From an uncultured Bdellovibrionales bacterium (lineage in GTDB: Bacteria > Bdellovibrionota_C > UBA2361 > SZUA-149 > DAOLCO01), in the NCBI GenBank assembly GCA_964612555.1, contig CAZTBW010000005.1, positions 69,066 through 133,065 on the forward strand: a stretch of DNA of 64,000 nt, written 5' to 3'. A model generated the notes under the pieces. That model searched no databases, was not told the origin of the DNA, and saw only the letters and a program-made list of their open reading frames with translations. A program made the position numbers and the translations under genes. This document shows, piece by piece, positions 58,249-64,000 of the stretch (positions are counted from its first letter, which is position 1; every line of letters starts with the position of its first letter).

Positions 58249-60339
58249 CTATTTTGCCTTAGCTGCTTTTCGATCTGCTGCTTCCTTGATCACCATTTCA
58301 GAAATATTTGCAGGACATGGCTGATAGCACTCAAATTCCATTGAGAACTGACCACGACCGGAAGTCATGGTTCTTAGGTCACCAATGTAACCGAACATTT
58401 CTCCGAGCGGAACCGATGCCTTCACTCTCGCTCCGGTCACTCCCGTCTCCTGAGATTTAATCACTCCACGTCTTCGGTTAAGGTCTCCAATCACGTCACC
58501 AATATGATCTTCAGGAGTAAACACATCTACCTTCATAATAGGCTCGATGATCTGGGGTCCCGCTTTTGGAATACTCTCACGATATGCGGCTCTTGCAGCA
58601 GCTTCAAACGCCATAGTTGACGAATCCACCGCGTGAAAAGCACCGTCTACAAGAGTCACCCGTGTATCAATACAAGGATAGCCTGCAAGAACACCCTGTG
58701 CCATACTAACCTCAAACCCATACTCCACCGCAGGCCAGTACTCTCTGGGAACCTTACCTCCAACAACTTTTGATTCAAAGAAGAACCCGGAGCCTCGCTC
58801 TCCCGGCTCTATGATGTAATCAATCTTCGCATACTGTCCGGAACCACCAGTCTGTTTCTTATGAGTGTACACATCTTCAATTCTCTTTGTAATAGTCTCA
58901 CGATATGCCACTTGAGGTTTACCAAAGTTACACTCTACTCCGTGCGTTCTTTTAAGAATATCAATCTTGATATCAAGATGCAGCTCTCCCATTCCCTTAA
59001 GGATGGTTTCATTAGTCTCCTGATCGGTTTCAACCCTGAACGATGGATCTTCTGCAACCATCTTTCCAAGAGCAATACCAAGTTTATCAGAGTTGGCTTT
59101 ATCCTTTGGAGTGATGGCAATTGAGATAACCGGGTCAGGAAATACCATTGGTTCCAGAGTTCCGGGACTATCCGGGTCAGCCAGTGTATGACCAGTTTGT
59201 ACATTCTTCATACCAAGAACGGCAACAATATCTCCCGCCTGAGCCTTATCAAGCTCAATACGATTATTCGCCTGCATCTCAACAATCCGACCGATTCTTT
59301 CTTTCTTTCCGGTAAAAGTATTTACTACGGTAGTACCTTTTTCAATTCTTCCGGAGTACAATCTCAGGAACGTAAGGGCACCAAAACGGTCATCCATAAT
59401 TTTGAATGCAAGCGCCCGAAGAGGCTTATCAGGGTCAACAACTGCAAACTCACCAGTTGGATTTCCTTCAAGATCCATCTCTGGCTGAGGGTCAACTTCT
59501 GTAGGGTCTGGTAAATAATCGACTACTCCATTAAGAACAAGCTGAACTCCCTTATTCTTGAATGCAGAACCACAAAAAGTCGGGAAAAAATCAAGCTTGA
59601 TTGTTCCTTTTCTTATGCAGGTTTTAATTGTGTCGATGTCTGGTTCGTTACCTTCCAGATATGCCTCCATGGCAACATCATCATGCTCCAGGGCAGTTTC
59701 AATGAGCTCCTGACGGTACATTTCAACCTGTTCTGCCATATCTTCAGGCACATCTTCAAGGGTGTACTTTAAAGGATCACCCGAGGAGTCCCACACCCAA
59801 GCCTTTCTTGTAAGAAGATCAACCACTCCCTTAAAGTTTTCTTCAGTACCAATAGGGAGCACCATAACCAAAGGTTTCGCTCCAAGTACTTCTTTAATCT
59901 GCTCAACCACTCGATAAAAATCAGCGCCAAGACGATCAAGCTTGTTAACAAAAATAAGCCTTGCAACCCGGGAATCGTTCGCATATCTCCAGTTGGTTTC
60001 CGATTGAGGCTCAACTCCTCCCGAACCACAGAACACACCAATACCACCATCAAGTACTTTTAAACTTCTGTACACTTCAATTGTAAAATCAACGTGACCG
60101 GGAGTATCAATGACGTTAAAGCGGTGTCCTTCCCAGAAACAACTTACCGCAGCGGACTGAATGGTAATCCCCCGCTCCCGTTCCTGATCCATGAAATCGG
60201 TGGTAGCCTCTCCATCATGCACTTCACCAATCTTGTGAATCTTTCCTGTAAGACTTAGAATACGCTCCGTAGTAGTAGTCTTTCCCGCATCAACGTGAGC
60301 AAAAATTCCAATATTTCTGTATAAATTTAAATCTGACAT
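58249..60339 (-). CDS. fusA: elongation factor G. It is stand-alone and not in an rpsL-rpsG-fusA-tuf context, so it may be an EF-G2 paralogue.
   Basis: 696 aa. G1 [27 protein letters not shown], and full EF-G domains II-V. Confidence 0.85.
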   Translation of the reverse strand: MSDLNLYRNIGIFAHVDAGKTTTTERILSLTGKIHKIGEVHDGEATTDFMDQERERGITIQSAAVSCFWEGHRFNVIDTPGHVDFTIEVYRSLKVLDGGIGVFCGSGGVEPQSETNWRYANDSRVARLIFVNKLDRLGADFYRVVEQIKEVLGAKPLVMVLPIGTEENFKGVVDLLTRKAWVWDSSGDPLKYTLEDVPEDMAEQVEMYRQELIETALEHDDVAMEAYLEGNEPDIDTIKTCIRKGTIKLDFFPTFCGSAFKNKGVQLVLNGVVDYLPDPTEVDPQPEMDLEGNPTGEFAVVDPDKPLRALAFKIMDDRFGALTFLRLYSGRIEKGTTVVNTFTGKKERIGRIVEMQANNRIELDKAQAGDIVAVLGMKNVQTGHTLADPDSPGTLEPMVFPDPVISIAITPKDKANSDKLGIALGKMVAEDPSFRVETDQETNETILKGMGELHLDIKIDILKRTHGVECNFGKPQVAYRETITKRIEDVYTHKKQTGGSGQYAKIDYIIEPGERGSGFFFESKVVGGKVPREYWPAVEYGFEVSMAQGVLAGYPCIDTRVTLVDGAFHAVDSSTMAFEAAARAAYRESIPKAGPQIIEPIMKVDVFTPEDHIGDVIGDLNRRRGVIKSQETGVTGARVKASVPLGEMFGYIGDLRTMTSGRGQFSMEFECYQPCPANISEMVIKEAADRKAAKAK

Positions 60340-60540
60340 AACTGTATTAATTCAATCTTTCTTTTGTTTATGAGTATTTGTGCGTAGTAGAAAGCACTAA
60401 TTTTGGTGCCCTACCTATCATATTAAAGGGGTGTTGCCAAACACTCCCTTAATTACGAGTCAATTCAGAACTTGCCACAAGCAATGGTTTTATTTTACGA
60501 CTATAATTATATGAATATAGAAGCTCGTCTCATGCGAGCA

Positions 60541-62070
60541 TCAGAACTTTCCGGGTCTTGGAAATTGATTCCCCGTAAAATTTCTTCCTATAAAAAAACT
60601 AACTTCCCGAAGCTTTGAGGAATTATATTCATAGTAAAATGAACCACTACCCTCAATAGCTTCGAACCAGGGACGAAGCTCTGAAATATCCACTCCCGGC
60701 GAAAGCACCAGAAGGATATCCTGCCCTTTTAGATGGGAGAGCCCCCTGTTCTCGTTCCAGATATCAAACTGGTTCATTCTTCTGTCACCAGCCGGTATGC
60801 AATAGATGGAGTCCCTCTCATGAGTTAAAAACGCAAATTGTGAGGCAAGCCCATAGGATTCAGTCATAACCGGAAGTTCCCTTTTGTCATTTTCAGAAGC
60901 CACCCTTCTTTGCTGAATTTCATCTATCAGCTCGTTCCAACCAACAAGCTTCTTGGTAGGAAGCACCTTACCGGGAAGCCCCCAGGTAACACCCAATAAA
61001 AGTGTAATTGCAAGAAATGTCACAAGGAAATTTACTGAAACCATGAATCGAGCCATCCTTGGATAAGACAGAAAAAAACTTCTGATTGATGGAAGAGTTA
61101 AAAGCAGAAGAGGATAATACACAGGGATAGTCCAGTTTGGATATACCCTTTTAGTAAGCGAAACAAGCAGGCATAAACCAAAAAGGGAGAGGATAGATAT
61201 CAGAAGAAACAGTTCAAATTTATCATTATGATATTTCTTTTTAAAAAGCGCATAGAACATGACCGGCAGGAATAATCCAAATAGCCCGAGCTGAGCTCCA
61301 AGGAAGTCTCCTAAAAAAACAAGATTCAGATTAATATTGTTGGCATTAGCGCCGGTACTGAAAACCCCTTTACTCGCATGACTGATATTATGAGCAAAAT
61401 TCACCCAGCCATGAGAGATATTCCACCAGATAATCGGGACTAAAAACAGTCCACAAATAAAACATACTATAAAAATTTCATAACATTTTCTCTTGGTTGT
61501 TCCCCTACCAAAAAACAGTGCAAGAAGAATCGAACCCAATAAAATAAAGGTAGTGTACTTTGCCCATATACCAAGCCCTATAGAAGAAGAAAGTACAACA
61601 AGTAACAATAACCTTTTAAAAGTATTCTCTTCAGAACTAAAATAATGATGTGCAATATAAAAACTTAAGATCCAGAAAAAAACCGCAGGAGCATCCGTAG
61701 TCATAAAAAAAACCGGATACCAGACGGCAACAGCGCTACAGGAAAACAGAAAGAATAACACGGGAAGCCTCGTCTTCTGTAAAGACGCATCAAGACGAAC
61801 TAACACCAGTTTATAAAAAATCAAAAAACTCCCAAGGGAGAATAATAACGCAGGTAATCGTACCGCCCTTGGAGTATCACCAAAAAGGTACCTGCTCCAG
61901 GAGATCACCTCTGCAACCAATGGTCCTTTTGAATAGTACGACCAATCAAGATGATACGACCAGAGCCAATAATGCGCTTCATCCGGAGATAAACCGTAGG
62001 GAACTATAAAGAAAAGTATAAGAGAAAAAATGCCAATAAGTAAAAGTGAGAATATGTTACCTTGCAGCAC
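60541..62070 (-). CDS. GT39/GT83-family (ArnT/PMT-like) membrane glycosyltransferase
   Basis: 509 aa, about 11-12 TM helices. The N-terminal loop motif PDEAHYW (LSPDEAHYWLWSY) is typical of ArnT / dolichyl-phosphate-mannose mannosyltransferase-like enzymes. Confidence 0.7.
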   Translation of the reverse strand: MLQGNIFSLLLIGIFSLILFFIVPYGLSPDEAHYWLWSYHLDWSYYSKGPLVAEVISWSRYLFGDTPRAVRLPALLFSLGSFLIFYKLVLVRLDASLQKTRLPVLFFLFSCSAVAVWYPVFFMTTDAPAVFFWILSFYIAHHYFSSEENTFKRLLLLVVLSSSIGLGIWAKYTTFILLGSILLALFFGRGTTKRKCYEIFIVCFICGLFLVPIIWWNISHGWVNFAHNISHASKGVFSTGANANNINLNLVFLGDFLGAQLGLFGLFLPVMFYALFKKKYHNDKFELFLLISILSLFGLCLLVSLTKRVYPNWTIPVYYPLLLLTLPSIRSFFLSYPRMARFMVSVNFLVTFLAITLLLGVTWGLPGKVLPTKKLVGWNELIDEIQQRRVASENDKRELPVMTESYGLASQFAFLTHERDSIYCIPAGDRRMNQFDIWNENRGLSHLKGQDILLVLSPGVDISELRPWFEAIEGSGSFYYEYNSSKLREVSFFIGRNFTGNQFPRPGKF

Positions 62071-62075
62071 AAAAA

Positions 62076-62780
62076 TTACAGATAGCTAACATATAACTCG
62101 ACCCTGTTATTCAGACGATCAGGGGTTTCTGACTTTTCAGAAACAAGCATATTCTCTCTCCTCTCTTCCAGATCGACCTCATCCATGTGTATCACCTCTT
62201 TGGATACTCCATTACTCTGAAGGATGTTCTGAACACTTTTCATTCGGGCAGTTATAAGCTCAAGGTTTTCCGATCTGGAAGAAAAGTCGGTACTATAGCC
62301 CTTAAGAATAATTTTATAAGACCCCGGGCGCCTGCTTCTCAGACTCTCAGCAATATGAGCTATCTGCTCAACCGATGCCAGACGAAGCGACGCACGTTTC
62401 TTATCAAAGAACACCTCCAGAAATGATGTCTTGGGAATATATTTTAAACGAGCACGACTTTGTCCTTCAAGCATCAGTAAACGTCTTTCATTCTGAGCAT
62501 GAAGCATTTTTAAGGATTCAATTTCCCGATTTGTCTGCAACTGATTACCTTCAAGAACATCAAGCCCTATTCCGGTAAGAATACCCGAAACCGCCGCAAA
62601 ACTCGCACCAAGCACTATAGCCGGACCTGAATACCCCAACTGATTTCCAATAATCGCTCCGATACCTGCACCAAGACCTCCGGCAAGCACTGCTCCCGCC
62701 GCAGTCTTATCAGGACCTGGTACGGGCTTACTGCAAGATACTAAAAACAATGAAAGAAATATAAAAACTTTTAGCTTCAT
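62076..62780 (-). CDS. OmpA-family lipoprotein with a Gly-zipper N-terminal segment
   Basis: Lipobox (FLVSC). Gly-rich GAGIGAIIGNQLG segment. A C-terminal OmpA-like peptidoglycan-binding domain (YKIILKGYSTDFSSRSENLELITARMKSVQNIL). Confidence 0.7.
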   Translation of the reverse strand: MKLKVFIFLSLFLVSCSKPVPGPDKTAAGAVLAGGLGAGIGAIIGNQLGYSGPAIVLGASFAAVSGILTGIGLDVLEGNQLQTNREIESLKMLHAQNERRLLMLEGQSRARLKYIPKTSFLEVFFDKKRASLRLASVEQIAHIAESLRSRRPGSYKIILKGYSTDFSSRSENLELITARMKSVQNILQSNGVSKEVIHMDEVDLEERRENMLVSEKSETPDRLNNRVELYVSYL

Positions 62781-62854
62781 ATGGTAATAGTGTGAAATGA
62801 CAAAATATTTTCCACAATAGTACCGCTTAAATTAACATCAGAAAAGAGGTAATT

Positions 62855-63259
62855 TTAGGGAACGGCTTTTATCCGAACATCAGCAACCTTTACACTACTC
62901 ATCATCTCATCACGAATAACCCGCCTGTTAACAAAAACGGTATATTCTCCAGCCTCAATCTTCCTGAAGACAACTTCACCCTCAGGACCACTTAAAATAT
63001 TTGCTATGAGCCTGTTATCAGTATTGGACACAATAGAAACCATATATTTGTCCAAAGGGTCACCCAGACTTGAAAGATACACAAAGACAGTCGCTTTTTG
63101 ATGTTGTTTCAGATATATGACCTGTTCTTCATCACTTGATGGAATATAGACCCGGACAGCTCGCTGCTCCAGTAAACTCTTCTTCTCTGATGACTCCTGA
63201 GCACCGGCAGGAATTGAAGAGATAAGAAAAAGAAAAAAACAAAAAGAAAGATATCTCAC
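62855..63259 (-). CDS. hypothetical secreted protein
   Basis: Signal peptide (MRYLSFCFFLFLISSIPAGA). 134 aa with no recognisable family. Translationally coupled to the upstream gene (ATGA at 63259). Confidence 0.45.
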   Translation of the reverse strand: MRYLSFCFFLFLISSIPAGAQESSEKKSLLEQRAVRVYIPSSDEEQVIYLKQHQKATVFVYLSSLGDPLDKYMVSIVSNTDNRLIANILSGPEGEVVFRKIEAGEYTVFVNRRVIRDEMMSSVKVADVRIKAVP

Positions 63260-63762
63260 TAGTGTCCCCCCTCTTTCTTGCCATGTGAAGCCGCAGGTAC
63301 ACTTTGTGGTACCGCTGCTTTCTCATATACCTTCCTCTCATATTTAGAAGGTGCCTCATAATCACCTTCAACATAGAAAACTTCATCAGCCACTATCACT
63401 CCAAATTTTGTAAAAACTCTCACTGCCACACGATCCCCTTCAAGTAATCGCTTAACAGAACTACGTTTCTTAAAACCTACTTTGGAATAAGTATATCTGG
63501 TAAGTGGGTCGAGATACACATACATTCTTGGAAGATCAAATTCTTTTGGTTTGATAAATATAAAACGGTACTGAGGATCTACAGATACCACATTGGCAAA
63601 AACAGTTCCTTTGTAGGAGACTCCACTGGTATCCCGAATAATATCAGAATATTCCAATATCTGTTCTTTCTCGGAAGAAAAAAAACTCTCTACCTCACAG
63701 TACGCAGTACCTGAACTGAGAAAAAGTGAGAGAAAAAAAATAAAAAAGAAAGCTGCACGCAT
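63259..63762 (-). CDS. hypothetical secreted protein
   Basis: Signal peptide (MRAAFFFIFFLSLFLSSGTAYC). 167 aa with no recognisable family. Confidence 0.45.
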   Translation of the reverse strand: MRAAFFFIFFLSLFLSSGTAYCEVESFFSSEKEQILEYSDIIRDTSGVSYKGTVFANVVSVDPQYRFIFIKPKEFDLPRMYVYLDPLTRYTYSKVGFKKRSSVKRLLEGDRVAVRVFTKFGVIVADEVFYVEGDYEAPSKYERKVYEKAAVPQSVPAASHGKKEGGH

Positions 63763-63767
63763 GTCAT

Positions 63768-63908
63768 TTATTCGCCACGGTGATTAGGGTCACTCCATTT
63801 TCTTTTGGACTCTGGCTCTTCGGCGTTCTTTTCAAGAAACAAAATAAAGACCAACCCTATTAAAAGAACCCCTATCAAAACACCTGTCACCACAAGAGCC
63901 GTTTTCAC
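63768..63908 (-). CDS. small single-TM membrane protein of 46 aa with a GTG start. It is absent from the ORF track.
   Basis: An AGGAGG Shine-Dalgarno lies 9 nt upstream of the GTG. The product is VKTALVVTGVLIGVLLIGLVFILFLEKNAEEPESKRKWSDPNHRGE*, and it ends 5 nt before the next gene's start. Confidence 0.35.
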   Translation of the reverse strand: MKTALVVTGVLIGVLLIGLVFILFLEKNAEEPESKRKWSDPNHRGE

Positions 63909-63910
63909 TA

Positions 63911-64000
63911 TTAGCTAGCCTCCTGGTTAAACATCTCTGATTGCAAACCCAGTTCTGATTTCAAGCGCTTCATCAATCTTGATTTAATGTCTCTATCCAA
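63911..64000 (-). CDS. 3' end of an unidentified gene whose 5' end lies beyond the window
   Basis: The open minus-strand frame gives ...LDRDIKSRLMKRLKSELGLQSEMFNQEAS* and terminates at 63911-63913, 3 nt before the small-protein GTG. Confidence 0.3.
   Translation of the reverse strand: MDRDIKSRLMKRLKSELGLQSEMFNQEAS

Noticed and set aside
60340-60540. Hairpins AAGGGGTGTT-GCCA-AACACTCCCTT and GCTCG-TCTCATG-CGAGC considered as a terminator for the GT39 gene
   Set aside because: The stems are imperfect or short and are not followed by a clean U-tract on the minus strand. The assignment is possible but too weak to annotate as a feature.

Overview
Chromosomal window from a Gram-negative (diderm) bacterium, about 45-48% GC. 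It encodes complex I, an OmpA-type lipoprotein, a Wzx flippase and a MopE-like Cys-rich secreted protein; the taxon cannot be fixed from sequence alone. I found no rRNA, tRNA or CRISPR array. About 50 genes are called. At 1-8335 (minus) is a partial complex I operon reading nuoC-D-E-F-G-H-J-K-L, with nuoA, nuoB and nuoI absent. At 8.5-18.7 kb are housekeeping and hypothetical genes: icd, a YifB/ComM ATPase, an M50 protease, a PPP phosphatase, an AMIN-domain Pro/Thr-rich secreted protein and an amidinotransferase-like protein. At 19-35 kb is a cyclic beta-1,2-glucan locus: an SDR epimerase and an MsbA-like ABC exporter on the minus strand, divergent from a translationally coupled plus-strand operon of an ABCD-family ABC transporter, a 972-aa signal-peptide helical-repeat protein and a 2878-aa cyclic glucan synthase (Cgs/NdvB-like). 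At 35.2-38.2 kb are a YtxJ-like thiol protein and translation-rescue genes (arfB, ogt, prfC). At 38.3-51.6 kb is an AT-richer accessory surface island: a secreted triple-repeat protein plus a beta-helix/MopE-like protein, wzx, a GT4 glycosyltransferase, a TM2-domain protein, an AbiEi/AbiEii type IV toxin-antitoxin pair, and three secreted or coiled-coil proteins with Q/P/Y/C-rich low-complexity regions and conspicuous palindromic or hairpin regulatory DNA. At 51.8-60.3 kb (minus) are fabH, fabF, hda, murA, prmC, prfA and a stand-alone EF-G. At 60.5-64 kb are a GT39/ArnT-like glycosyltransferase, an OmpA lipoprotein and small secreted proteins. The best candidates for something new are the cgs operon with its co-translated periplasmic partner and ABCD transporter, and the TA-containing surface island with its Q-rich secreted trio.
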